Source: Laetmonice hystrix (taxonomy: Eukaryota). Taken from it: a stretch of 64,000 nt of DNA. Position numbers and translations under genes: made by a program. The stretch covers positions 9,672,001-9,736,000 of the forward strand of contig OZ249447.1 of NCBI GenBank assembly GCA_965235115.1, given 5' to 3'. This document shows, piece by piece, positions 12,966-25,473 of the stretch (position 1 is the first letter of the stretch; each line of letters opens with the position of its first letter). Below the pieces are notes generated by a model. That model saw only the letters and a list, made by a program, of their open reading frames with translations. It was not told the origin of the DNA and searched no databases.

Positions 12966-14261
12966 GCTGTGCGAACTGTCAGGGCCGGGGTATAGGAGTG
13001 GAGGTTGGTTGAGAGGTTGGGGGTGGGAGGTGGGCTGATGGCTGTGCGAACTGTCAGGGCTGGGGTATAGGAGTGGAGGTTGGTTGAGAGGATGGGGGTG
13101 GGAGGTGGGGTATAGGAGTGGAGGTTGGTTGTGAGTTTGGGGGTGGGAGGTGGGATATAGGAGGGTTGATTGGTTGAGAGGGTGGGGGTGGGAGGTGGGG
13201 TATAGGAGTGGAGGTTGGTTGAGAGGTTGGGGGTGGGAGATGGGGTATAGGAGTGGAGGTTGGTTGAGAGGGTGGGGTGGGAGGTGGGCTGATGGCGCTG
13301 TGCGAACTGTCAGGGCTGGGGTATAGGAGTGGAGGTTGGTTGAGAGGATGGGGGTGGGAGGTGGGGTATAGGAGTGGAGGTTGGTTGAGAGGTTAGGGGT
13401 GGGAGGTGGGCTGATGGCGCTGTGCGAACTGTCAGGGCTGGGGTATAGGAGTGGAGGTTGGTTGAGAGGTTGGGGGTGGGAGGTGGGCTGATGGCTGTGC
13501 GAACTGTCAGGGCTGGGGTATAGGAGTGGAGGTTGGTTGAGAGGTTGGGGGTGGGAGGTGGGGTATAGGAGTGGAGGTTGGTTGAGAGGGTGGGGGTGGG
13601 AGGTGGGGTATAGGAGTGGAGGTTGGTTGAGAGGATGGGGGTGGGAGGTGGGGTATAGGAGTGGAGGTTGGTTGAGAGGATGGGGGTGGGAGGTGGGCTG
13701 ATGGCGCTGTGCGAACTGTCAGGGCTGGGGTATAGGAGTGGAGGTTGGTTGAGAGGATGGGGGTGGGAGGTGGGCTGATGGCGCTGTGCGAACTGTCAGG
13801 GCTGGGGTATAGGAGTGGAGGTTGGTTGAGAGGTTGGGGGTGGGAGGTGGGCTGATGGCTGTGCGAACTGTCAGGGCTGGGGTATAGGAGTGGAGGTTGG
13901 TTGAGAGGTTGGGGGTGGGAGGTGGGGTATAGGAGTGGAGGTTGGTTGAGAGGGTGGGGGTGGGAGGTGGGGTATAGGAGTGGAGGTTGGTTGAGAGGAT
14001 GGGGGTGGGAGGTGGGGTATAGGAGTGGAGGTTGGTTGAGAGGATGGGGGTGGGAGGTGGGCTGATGGCGCTGTGCGAACTGTCAGGGCTGGGGTATAGG
14101 AGTGGAGGTTGGTTGAGAGGATGGGGGTGGGAGGTGGGCTGATGGCGCTGTGCGAACTGTCAGGGCTGGGGTATAGGAGTGGAGGTTGGTTGAGAGGTTG
14201 GGGGTGGGAGGTGGGGTATAGGAGTGAAGGTTGGTTGAGAGGATGGGGGTGGGAGGTGGGC
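12966..14261. repeat. G-rich composite minisatellite built from two modules (A about 45 bp, B 30/32 bp) in irregular order
   Basis: A = ggggtataggagtggaggttggttgagagg(a/t/g)tgggggtgggaggt; B = gggctgatgg(cg)ctgtgcgaactgtcagggct; strong G-strand asymmetry. Confidence 0.96.
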
Positions 14262-17200
14262 TGTATTTCCGTGAAATACTCGTGACGTCCAGAATGACCT
14301 ACACGTATTCCGTACCAGGATAAAGACACGTATTACTCCAGACCTTATCAAGGACGACCTGGAACTAACGATATTAAGGGGGTGGCATTGGATTCCATAT
14401 AAATTAGTCACATGGTGGAATATTAATTTGTAATACAAACACCAAACTGAGTCAAAGGCCACATGCCATGACTTCTTCATATCTGTTATCATTATGAAAG
14501 GTTTTATTATGGAAGGTGTTCCAATCATCATTGCATTAATTTGGTTATTCTCCCGCAAGCCCAGTTCATGGCTGCTTTCTTATCAGTATATGTTGCAAAT
14601 TTGTTCGCTGTCTGGAATCTCAAATTACAGGCGCAGAACTGACATTTGTAACCTAATATACATTTTAGAAATAACATTATGATATTACAAAGTTCATTCA
14701 CGTCCGTAAGGCTGTACGATGTGATAAGTTTTTATAGGAAATGTCAGGTGTCAGGCTCATACATGGTCCTCTAAATTATTCCTGGAATTTCTTCAGCATG
14801 ACGAAACAACACAGCGTGCAAGTGGCACACAATTAAAATACTCTCATGAATAGCGAAGAGTAAGAATTAATGAAAATGGATATTTGCTTCGTGCTGCTGC
14901 TATCCGGTGGCGCCTTGGATGTGGCCGACCAGCTGTAGCCCCCCCCCCCCCCGCCCCCCTTACTGTCCCGCTGGTGGGCCGTCCAGCCTTGATGTTTCCC
15001 ATCCTTGGTTTCCGATACACATTGTAATCTGGAAGCGGAGAATATTGGTGATGATCCGTCAGACTGGCTCTGGTTAATATCACTAATAACCTATAGGGAC
15101 CTTGTACGGTCGCCAAAGGCCATTCGGCATCAACGACTGCCAGCTCACACCGATTGCAATATGCAAAAAGTAATCATGGCTTTTGATGGCCTTGGATTCA
15201 ACACCAGGCGCGGGGGCGGGGGGGGGGGGATGGTGGGGTGAGGGGAGGGGGTTTACGTAAGGCATGTCAGCAATCTGTTGTCACCGTGTGAGAAATGCTT
15301 ACGACTGACCGGTCGACGATCGAAGTTTTATCAATCGGTGTGCGCCAGGCGGGGTCAGAGTATGACCTGACAATACATGGTCCTGCCTCTGTGCCACACG
15401 TCCACACGAGCATACATCACGCCCCACGACACCCGACGGACAAAAGCAATCCCAGAATGCCACTCGTCGACATGGCCAAATGGCCACGCCGCGCTGCCTC
15501 ACAGCTCCAGATATTGGAAGCAGCGATCGCGGCGTTTACAGTTGAATAGGTCCCTTTTATCGTGGTTATTGCTCATACGGAGAAGGGAGAGGACTGCAGG
15601 GGTGGGGGTTGGGGCCCTACGCGGGGGCGTCGTGTGCCTGGGATATGCATTGTTTGCACGTTGATGTGGATGTATAGGTGTTTATATGTATGGGCCATTC
15701 ATACAATTGGTATCGATCACTCTTCAAAACCAACGGTGGGCCTGCAGAGTTGAATGAAATATCCAATATGTCTGACGGAAGTTAACTTCCATATACATGT
15801 ACCCCCCCCCCCCACCCCCACCCCCATCAACCACCAATGGGTACCAACTAACATGCCCTCCACACTGGTATTTTTATATGTTTTGGTCTGACAAGATTTT
15901 GATGAGTTATAATCCAGTGATCAGATTGCATGTTCTACTGTTCATACTTGACTCGCGAGTCTCATTGACATTTACAAGCCGAACTATTGCCGGTACATTT
16001 ATAGATTTGTCATTTCAAGAAATGTTAGTCTATCTTTAGTAACTGTACATAGACCAGCCCCAACTACTAATTAAGTATTCAAATGGCTAATCATTTAAAA
16101 AAAAACAACAAAAATTATGTCTACACAGCGTCTTTTCATTGTACCCGCTCTCTCCTGTACCCATATGGTGACTTCTATACGTCTCATGTGGTCCGTTATT
16201 GTGGTCAGGTTCTTTTGTTCTCAAGTAGAGTTAACGGAATATTATTGCAATTATGCCAGGTACCATGAAAAATAAGGAGATACTCTTGCCTATTCTGTTG
16301 ATTTATTGATTTTTGTCGCCCCCCCTACCCGAAAAAATGCGCACCCCAATCAAGTGATGGTTGGTGCTCCTCCACGTCATAAGGAGGTGACTTGACGCTG
16401 CCGGTCGATGCGTTAATTCCCGGAATTAATCCGACCTTAAACACCCGTTAGATGGCGCGACGAGCAGCACCGTTTGATAAATTGTCACTCAGCGAGAATG
16501 GCCCAGGCTGACAATAGTCCAGTGTCATGAGTGGGACAAAGAGGTGCAGATATATACATTACGGTATTGTGCATTTCATAAAGTATTGCTGACCCTCATG
16601 AGCGAGTGGAAATAGGGTAACTAGGCGTCCTGGAAGAGATTTGAGGGCTTCCCTGAGATGGGAATGTCTATTCTGCAGAGCTGCCGAAGTGTGAGTGGTG
16701 TCGGCCCAATTTAGCACCGCTTCGTTCGCAAGTCGATTATTCAATCACGGCAAATGGCACTTTTAATAGAATAAATTGAGTCGCAATCTTCTGGGTGGCA
16801 CCTCTCCGCCCAGGAAGCGTCGCTGAGATGAACGGGTCCCAGAATCCTCGCTCTGGAGGGCGGCCGCAACGTTTACCTACTTATCCTCCAGGTTACAGTG
16901 ACGATAGAGAACAAGTCGGAACACTCTGCCAATTTGGTCTAAAAGACCGAAAATAGTGGGATAAACTTTGGGTGCATGGTGGTTCCCCTATGGACAGAAA
17001 AATCACTGGTGTTTTTCTTTTCTTTTCTTTTCCGGGGCTCCAGAAATCAAGTTCACTGTTTCACCTGTGTGTTTAGGTGACCTCTGACCACATAATCTAT
17101 CGCATGTAAGCCGGTATTTGAAGGTCTACTCAACCTCTCCAAGAGGAAGGTCGTCTGTTTGACTACCGTCATCCAGAACCTACATGTATGCTTACTCAAC

Positions 17201-17820
17201 TTCAGGTGTTAGTCGTCGCTCAAGTGTCGATCTCCTTCTGATAAATGAGCAGAAAGATACTTCCATGCACCAAACCACTTTAATGTTCATTCCTGACTCC
17301 ATGATGTGACACACATTCCAGAGTGCCAAGGTCAAAACGCTTAGTTCTTGACTCGATGACGCCCTCTTCCGGTGAACACTTGAACAAAGAGGTTACCTTG
17401 GAGATCCTGCTCGCTGACGGTGTGTAACGTGGCGCTGGGTCTGACAGGTGAACGCGCGTTCGTCATACAGTCAGGGGGGGGGGGGGGGGCATGGCTGGGT
17501 CTGCTGCATGTGCCGGGTCTCATCAGGATCCGCCAAGGGTGGCCTTGATGGCCAATCGCATGACTAGCAGTCCCCTTAATGAAGCAAAGACACATGTTAA
17601 ATTGCGTGAGGAGTGGGAGGCGCGGAGTCCTGTATCGTCTATACACCGTGTATGATGCAGGCTTGAGGTGAACCCGGTACGGAAGGAAATCAACTCCAAT
17701 CAAACGAACATCAAGGAACAATTCATCTAGCAGGGATATATGAAAGATTGAAAGAAGGCGAGCGTCAACAAAAAAACAAGGAATCTCAAACAGCATTACC
17801 TTGACTTTAAGATCAGCAAA

Positions 17821-18167
17821 GGCATAGGAACGGGGGCAGGGGCGGGGGGCGTCATCCCCCCCCCCCCCCCCAACATCAAAATGTTTCAGCCCCCTAACAT
17901 TTGGGTGCTTTCTTGGTCGAGGCGGGTTTCATGCCGATTTTCTATGTATCACGCATAAAAATGATGGAATTTTGTCAATAGATTTTAGAGAGATATTTGC
18001 TCCGAGATCCTCAGAAAACGCGTCTCCGGCATTCCTGAAAAAAAATCTGGGGGAGGGCCCCCAAACCCCCCCCCCCCCCCCCCCCCTCAGGGCCCGCCTA
18101 TACGGTGGGCATGGATTATCCCCCAACCTTCAGCCCCCCCCCCCAACCAAAAAGAGCTTCCTACGCC
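17821..18167. mobile_element. MITE-like element with GGC(A/G)TAGGAA terminal inverted repeats
   Basis: ggcataggaa (17821-17830) versus ttcctacgcc (18158-18167), 9/10 inverted match; internal poly-C runs and AT-rich core; non-coding. Confidence 0.5.
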
Positions 18168-19968
18168 TATGATCAGCCAAATATGTTGAAGCCCCTATTG
18201 GATTTCGACCATGGTTTATCAAATGTTGGTTACGCGTCATATCCACTGTTATATTATATTGAAGAGATTCGTGTACATATTCTTTGTTTATTTTGTTCGA
18301 GCCCCGTGGATTCACACAAATGTCTTTACAACGGGGACTTCATCATTGTACACAGCGCTTGCCGGTGACACCAAAGGCAATGACATCATAAGGTGTTATT
18401 TATAGATGTTGACGACAGCTGTGGCGCCATTCCAAATACCCGGATGACGAAAGAAAAGCTATAAGGGATCACCAAGCCCGAGGCCGACGATAGCTTGCTC
18501 GTCGGTCGCTCCCTTGTGGAGCACATGAAGAGCCATATGTAGATTTAGAATATATAGCAGCCGTAATGGTGTGTATCCGAGAAGCTGATAGGAGAGGTTG
18601 AACGTGACTCTGGTTGGTTAGAGTTCTCTAGGTGATGAATTGTAAATAAATGATGCGACTCAAAGAATGTCGTAGGGCTGAGAGGCTTCCAACGGTGCGT
18701 GCGCATGTGACATAGTCACGTGTTGTGTAGGTGGAGGACGTTCCTACGGCATGCCGGGGGATGTAGACGTGATGGGGGTGGTGAGGGTGGGGGTGAGACA
18801 CAGCTGTATGTACAGACTGGGCCTACATCCTGGTGGTCTACGCTAAACCCGGCAGATAAGCGAGCAACCAAACGCCACGCGTATCTTGTTACTGTTTTGA
18901 CGGCAGTTATCTGCTGCATGGTTACCCGGCGTCCAAGGGCCCTGTGTAGGGTTGGAGAGGGTAAAGGGCGGAGGGTGGGTGGGGTGGGGGTGGAACCGAT
19001 CACTTGTATTGCCAACCGAGTCCTATCAGAAACACGGTATTGCATGGTCTTATATCTTGAGGTACCCTCCCAAGTCCGACGCATACAGTCTGAAAGATGC
19101 ATTGGGTCGGGGCGCCAAAGGTACGCCTACTGAAGGGGCTATGCCGACCCAGTAACAGTGGGAACAGCCGGCCCCCCTCGCTGTTACTGAGATGGTAAAT
19201 GTAGTAAACCTGAACATATCTATTTATCACGGAGTTGACGTATTATGTCAGCGTACCATGTCGTCGTGCGCCAGGAGGTCCAAGTTCCTACGTATGAATC
19301 ACTGGTTTCGGCCCAAGAGATAGTAGTGGGGAAATCCGGGTAGACATGGCTTCGAATAGGTGGAGTTTAACTTCACCTGCGCTTTGAGATATTATACAAA
19401 AGCTACACCAGGTACCAGGCACATAATTATCGCCCCAAGTTTATACGGTGCAACCTCCATGTTTACAATAACATAGCCAAAAGCACCGGCAAGATTGAGG
19501 GAATATATTCTCTGAGGAAAGATTGAGAGAATGTATTCTCTTGAGTGATCGTCACGCAAGGCATGGCAAACAGGTCAGGTCGATCCTGTCCACTCCCCGG
19601 CCAACTGTCCTCAGCGTGTCATCAACATGCCCCTGGCACCAGCCAACTGGGTGGGTGGACACCGAGCAGAACACTGCAGGCCACACACTAATTGTATAGG
19701 ACGGGGATCCCACATCGGGCCACGTGAAGCCACATGAAGCCAGTAATCTGGCTCGTTGCCTCTCGACCCCAGCCACTCCCTGTACCTGGACATGTGATAA
19801 GTGTATCGGTTCGGACAGGTATCTTGATGAATGATCATTATGGGTTTCCCACCTCTCCCGGTGAAGTGTTCTCGTTGAGGGATGGCCTGGCTGCCCCTGG
19901 TAACGTAATGACTTCCAGAGGTGTTGCTGGGGCGTCTACCATGCTAGATTTACCATCATTTAACCCAG

Positions 19969-21980
19969 CAAGACACTGGGAGTTCAGTAACAGGTAGGGG
20001 AGCGGGTCGCATACACCAAGACACTGGGAGTTCTGTAACAGGTAGGGGAGCGGGTCGTATACACCAAGACACTGGGAGTTCTGTAACAGGTAGGGGAGCG
20101 GGTCGTATACACCAAGACACTGGGAGTTCTGTAACAGGTAGGGGAGCGGGTCGTATACACCAAGACACTGGGAGTTCAGTAACAGGGGAGCGGGTCGTAT
20201 ACACCAAGACACTGGGAGTTCTGTAACAGGTAGGGGAGCGGGTCGTATACACCAAGACACTGGGAGTTCTGTAACAGGTAGGGGAGCGGGTCGTATACAC
20301 CAAGACACTGGGAGTTCTGTAACAGGTAGGGGAGCGGGTCGTATACACCAAGACACTGGGAGTTCTGTAACAGGTAGGGGAGCGGGTCGTATACACCAAG
20401 ACACTGGGAGTTCTGTAACAGGTAGGGGAGCGGGTCGTATACACCAAGACACTGGGAGTTCTGTAACAGGTAGGGGAGCGGGTCGTATACACCAAGACAC
20501 TGGGAGTTCTGTAACAGGTAGGGGAGCGGGTCGTATACACCAAGACACTGGGAGTTCTGTAACAGGTAGGGGAGCGGGTCGTATACACCAAGACACTGGG
20601 AGTTCTGTAACAGGTAGGGGAGCGGGTCGTATACACCAAGACACTGGGAGTTCTGTAACAGGTAGGGGAGCGGGTCGTATACACCAAGACACTGGGAGTT
20701 CTGTAACAGGTAGGGGAGCGGGTCGTATACACCAAGACACTGGGAGTTCTGTAACAGGTAGGGGAGCGGGTCGTATACACCAAGACACTGGGAGTTCTGT
20801 AACAGGTAGGGGAGCGGGTCGTATACACCAAGACACTGGGAGTTCTGTAACAGGTAGGGGAGCGGGTCGTATACACCAAGACACTGGGAGTTCTGTAACA
20901 GGTAGGGGAGCGGGTCGTATACACCAAGACACTGGGAGTTCAGTAACAGGTAGGGGAGCGGGTCGTATACACCAAGACACTGGGAGTTCTGTAACAGGTA
21001 GGGGAGCGGGTCGTATACACCAAGACACTGGGAGTTCAGTAACAGGGGAGCGGGTCGTATACACCAAGACACTGGGAGTTCTGTAACAGGTAGGGGAGCG
21101 GGTCGTATACACCAAGACACTGGGAGTTCTGTAACAGGTAGGGGAGCGGGTCGTATACACCAAGACACTGGGAGTTCTGTAACAGGTAGGGGAGCGGGTC
21201 GTATACACCAAGACACTGGGAGTTCTGTAACAGGTAGGGGAGCGGGTCGTATACACCAAGACACTGGGAGTTCTGTAACAGGTAGGGGAGCGGGTCGTAT
21301 ACACCAAGACACTGGGAGTTCTGTAACAGGTAGGGGAGCGGGTCGTATACACCAAGACACTGGGAGTTCTGTAACAGGTAGGGGAGCGGGTCGTATACAC
21401 CAAGACACTGGGAGTTCTGTAACAGGTAGGGGAGCGGGTCGTATACACCAAGACACTGGGAGTTCTGTAACAGGTAGGGGAGCGGGTCGTATACACCAAG
21501 ACACTGGGAGTTCTGTAACAGGTAGGGGAGCGGGTCGTATACACCAAGACACTGGGAGTTCTGTAACAGGTAGGGGAGCGGGTCGTATACACCAAGACAC
21601 TGGGAGTTCTGTAACAGGTAGGGGAGCGGGTCGTATACACCAAGACACTGGGAGTTCTGTAACAGGTAGGGGAGCGGGTCGTATACACCAAGACACTGGG
21701 AGTTCTGTAACAGGTAGGGGAGCGGGTCGTATACACCAAGACACTGGGAGTTCTGTAACAGGTAGGGGAGCGGGTCGTATACACCAAGACACTGGGAGTT
21801 CTGTAACAGGTAGGGGAGCGGGTCGTATACACCAAGACACTGGGAGTTCTGTAACAGGTAGGGGAGCGGGTCGTATACACCAAGACACTGGGAGTTCTGT
21901 AACAGGTAGGGGAGCGGGTCGTATACACCAAGACACTGGGAGTTCTGTAACAGGTAGGGGGGCGGGTCGTATACACCAAG
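19969..21980. repeat. 48-bp minisatellite, 42 units, about 2.0 kb
   Basis: Unit caagacactgggagttctgtaacaggtaggggagcgggtcgtatacac; 44-bp variant units at 20161 and 21021. Source of the 727/586/337/323-aa minus-strand ORFs. Confidence 0.99.
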
Positions 21981-23589
21981 TACATATACCCTGGAGGGGG
22001 CCGTGAACCCAGCCAGGTCACGGAGATATAATGGCTGTGATTTTATCACCTGGAGCTAAACCTTCGTTATTACCGATTGGTCTAGGGATTTATTTCACTC
22101 GAGTCACGGTAATCATGCCAGAGGCAGAACAAATGCTTACATTACCTGTCTGAAAAGTTTTACCTTCTCCCGGCAAAGTGCTAGCTTTTTCCATTTTTCT
22201 TTCTGCAAAGTGACCACACATAAAACCGATGACCAGGCCTACGACATACATAGGGACGGTGGACAAAATGATTTTTAACATTTCTGAAGTGTGATCCAAC
22301 TCGAAGCATGAAGTTATTTACGATTAATGACCATAAACTAAAGTCCTTTTGTTGGATCATGAATTAATGACATTTTACATTCTATGGTCGTGTTCTTGGA
22401 CTGAAAAAGGTGGCGAGTTTATATATGACTGCCAACATATTGTGCAGAAGTTAACTCCACACATAACACCCCGTATTATGATCCCAAATAGCACCATACA
22501 AATGTTAAGATATAACTTGTATTGTGACCGTCAAGGTAAGCGGATGATCGGACCAATCGAGCGCTGCGGGCGACCAGTCAGGAAAGGGTTTGTGTGACCA
22601 AATACCATTGTGAACTCCAGCTCTGCAGGCAAAACTTAGCATGTATCGGTGTTTCTTGTATAGAGATCGGCCTCGACCACCGACAGCGATCACAGTGAAC
22701 CTTCTGTCATAACACCGAGTACAAGCGGTTAAAACTAAAGTTATTGGCACAAAGTTTCATGCTGTATACTAGGAACCGAAATAGCCTACTTCTTGAGGAA
22801 CTTGCTGCGTAGTTTACTAAGAATGTTTGTATAATATCTTGTTACGCGACAAAACTTCCCTGAAAGCAGCATCTGCAGCAGCGTTGCCATCCGAACGTGA
22901 TGTCAAGAAAAGGAGCGCGAGTTGCTATGATGAGGTTAAAAAACCTGTTTATGAAATGTCGGATATCTACCCCCCTTCAAAGGGAATGTATCTGTAAGGG
23001 TCGTATGATGTAAGGGGGTCTAAATAATTACCCCGAGTATCTGAGGCTGGTGGCAGCAGACGGTTTGAGATTGAAAACCTGCGGGATGGCCACCACCTAG
23101 AGAGACAGAGACGCTGAGAGCGTGCGAGTTGGCGGGCCCGCCTCCCTGCCGCACACGGCACGGTCAGAAATCGTCGACAGCCACAGCGCTCCCTGATTGG
23201 CTCTGCCACAGCGAGGTGAAGTCGGTCAAGGGGGCTTCGCGCTGATCACTCGCTTGCCGCAGCGGCCGCGATCACACGCGGACGACAGCCGCCAACAACC
23301 CCACAATCTAACGGACAGTTACGGAGGCTGCAGCCAGCTTAGAACAGGTCTAGTTGCTGTCAACATCAGCCTGAAGTAAGGAGTGTATGGTGAGGATATC
23401 GTCTACATGCAGTGGAGCTTATGGCGGCTGACTGTGGCTGAGTGTGGGCACAGATAGTACAGACACCCACCGACACCGAGTTCTATACAACAGCTGTGTA
23501 TCTTGTCGAGACCCCGGCCCGCCCGTCTCCTGCTCCTCAGCCTGCCGAGCACTGCCTTGCTGTAGAGGGAGCATCTACCGTCAAGCTAC

Positions 23590-23698
23590 ATGATGGATAC
23601 GTCGAATACCACGATGATTTCGGTGGCGGTCTTGCTGCTGTCGGCGCTAGTTCTCGTACCGGCGCTGGATGGCGTCACACCGCCCGATGAACCCCCAC
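23590..23698 (+). CDS. Candidate first coding exon of a secreted or membrane protein (signal peptide), phase-1 donor
   Basis: Encodes MMDTSNTTMISVAVLLLSALVLVPALDGVTPPDEPP with a hydrophobic core and small residues at a plausible cleavage site (ALDG), followed at once by a consensus GTAAGT donor (23699-23704); GC-rich upstream region contains an ATTGG (CCAAT) box. No homologue recognised. Confidence 0.5.
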
Positions 23699-24516
23699 GT
23701 AAGTCTCAATAAGTCGGCACAGCCTTCCATCAACACATCCCTATAACCCCACACCCCCCGTGTAGCCAGTCCGAGGGGGCACCACAGTCAGGCCCATCAT
23801 GTTTTCAGCCAGCGTGAGAGCTGGCCCCTATAGCCGTGGGCCTAGGCATCCCAGGCAGGAGCCGTCACCTAGAGTCAGTGCTCGCGGACGTACATAGCAC
23901 AGGTGATACGGGTTATTTTCTTTACCGTGTTTAAGGCCAACACCCGGCCTCCACTATCGATAAATTACGGGCGAGTTTGTATCTAGAGAGGTGATGTTCA
24001 CGTCGACCGCGCCAACAAACTGTTCCAGCCTGCTATCTGTAATCAGAATGTGATATTATTTGCGTGGTGGGGAGGTAGGCCCTCACCCCCTGCTGCCTGA
24101 GATTGATGGAGCTCCCGATATCACGCTGTGGTGTTCGACATTACGGCCAACAGGACAGCTTCATCCGTGGAAAGCATGTGTTTCCCCCAGTCTATAATTA
24201 TCCCTGCCACCAGGGGCTGTAACTAAGGGGGAAACCCCACATTGTGAAGATTGAACGTTCCCCTCGACATCTTGGTGTACATACAATTCATACACGCTTT
24301 CAGACAGTTTTTGGGTGAGGTATTTATGCAGGTACTAAATCTACAGAGTAGCCAAGGCCCCTACAGTAGTATACCTACACCATTCTATTTGTCACACCGA
24401 AGTTATTCCATTCTTCCATGCCCGCCACAGGGGTCGAGTATCATTAAGGTCATACCATGGCCATCATCAGCGGCTTAACGGCTGGCCCGAACACGGAGAC
24501 GGAAAGTAAACCTTGA

Positions 24517-24625
24517 AATCTGGAGAAAGTCCAGAAAGCCAGGATCATAGCCAATCAATGCGACCGACCAAATGGCAATTTCAGGAAGGAAGGATCTCGG
24601 GCTGGGATGAGACTGGAACGAGGGA
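24517..24625 (+). pseudogene. Possible degenerate LINE ORF2 C-terminal remnant
   Basis: 24517-24552 reads NLEKVQKARIIA, resembling the LE(K/R)VQ(K/R)RAARII motif downstream of the RT domain in CR1/L2/RTE-type LINEs; the frame is broken afterwards. Short motif only. Confidence 0.22.
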
Positions 24626-25226
24626 AAGGGAAGCCGCGTGAACGCACTGGCCGCAGTCAAAAAGAGGGGCCGTGAATTGGAAATAGCTAACAAATAGGGC
24701 GTTGGAACATTGGTGTCCTCAGACCGACCCCTCTCTGTGTGTGAATTACAGGCCAGCCCGCCGCAAGCAGTTCACCGAATTGCTTAGGTTGGACCAAAAG
24801 GATGTGTATATATAGAAACGCGTCGTTATTTTCAATCAAGTTTCTATAGTGGATTCGATTGAAACTGAACAGGTCTGAAAGACACGAACAGTTTCCAAGA
24901 TTATGAAACCCTTAAAATAACATGGTTGCGTTTTTGGAAACGAATGTCGTATATTACTTCAGCCCTCATTGTTTGTGCGTTGCTATTTAAAACCGCGCGA
25001 AGAGCCAGTATACGTCATTGGCGCAATTTCTTGATGGTGGCAACCAGTGTCGTTAATAATCCAGTCTATATTACCTTCGTTGACCTTTCAATTCGCTCCT
25101 GTAATGCTTGCTATTCTATTTTCATCGTGCCATTATGATCTAGTGAGAGCCACATCCAATGTAAAGATGACCCTCGTGTTTTTAAGAGGTTTCCCTAATG
25201 GCCTGGCTTTGCGTCTTCTTTTGCAG

Positions 25227-25271
25227 GTGCCAGCTGTACGGAGGAGCAGGTTCAGAAGTGTCGTCAGGCAG
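25227..25271 (+). CDS. Candidate 45-nt phase 1-1 exon (possible exon 2 of the 23590 gene)
   Basis: Acceptor ctttgcgtcttcttttgcag, donor gttagt (25272); reads (R)ASCTEEQVQKCRQA in frame with the 23590-23698 exon. Confidence 0.35.
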
Positions 25272-25380
25272 GTTAGTATGCCGCTTCTTTTGTCACCTTG
25301 CATTTTTAACAACACAGTAGCCACACATTACACAACGTTGGTTGGTTAGCGCCTGGCGTCCTGTAACGGTGTCTGTGCAG

Positions 25381-25473
25381 TTGTTTCAATCACCGGCGAC
25401 AAAGGCCGGTTTGTGTGGTGGGAGCTCCGGGCAACCACTCAGTCGGCACGGCCTCGTCCGTTATCATTCCGAG
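25381..25473 (+). CDS. Weak candidate 93-nt phase 1-1 exon
   Basis: gtctgtgcag acceptor (weak pyrimidine tract), gag|gtaacg donor; open in the frame continuing 25227-25271 (VVSITGDKGRFVWWELRATT...). Peptide not recognised. Confidence 0.18.

Noticed and set aside
13871-14558. Pro/Ser/Thr-rich extensin- or mucin-like ORFs
   Set aside because: They are translations of the C-rich strand of the G-rich minisatellite.
19150-19189. 9-bp hairpin stem cagtaacag/ctgttactg as a terminator or ncRNA
   Set aside because: The stem is short, there is no U-tract or gene context, and such stems are expected by chance.
19838-22049. 727-, 586-, 337- and 323-aa ORFs as real repeat proteins
   Set aside because: They are entirely explained by a stop-free 48-bp unit; the three frames overlap and switch at the 4-bp deletions.
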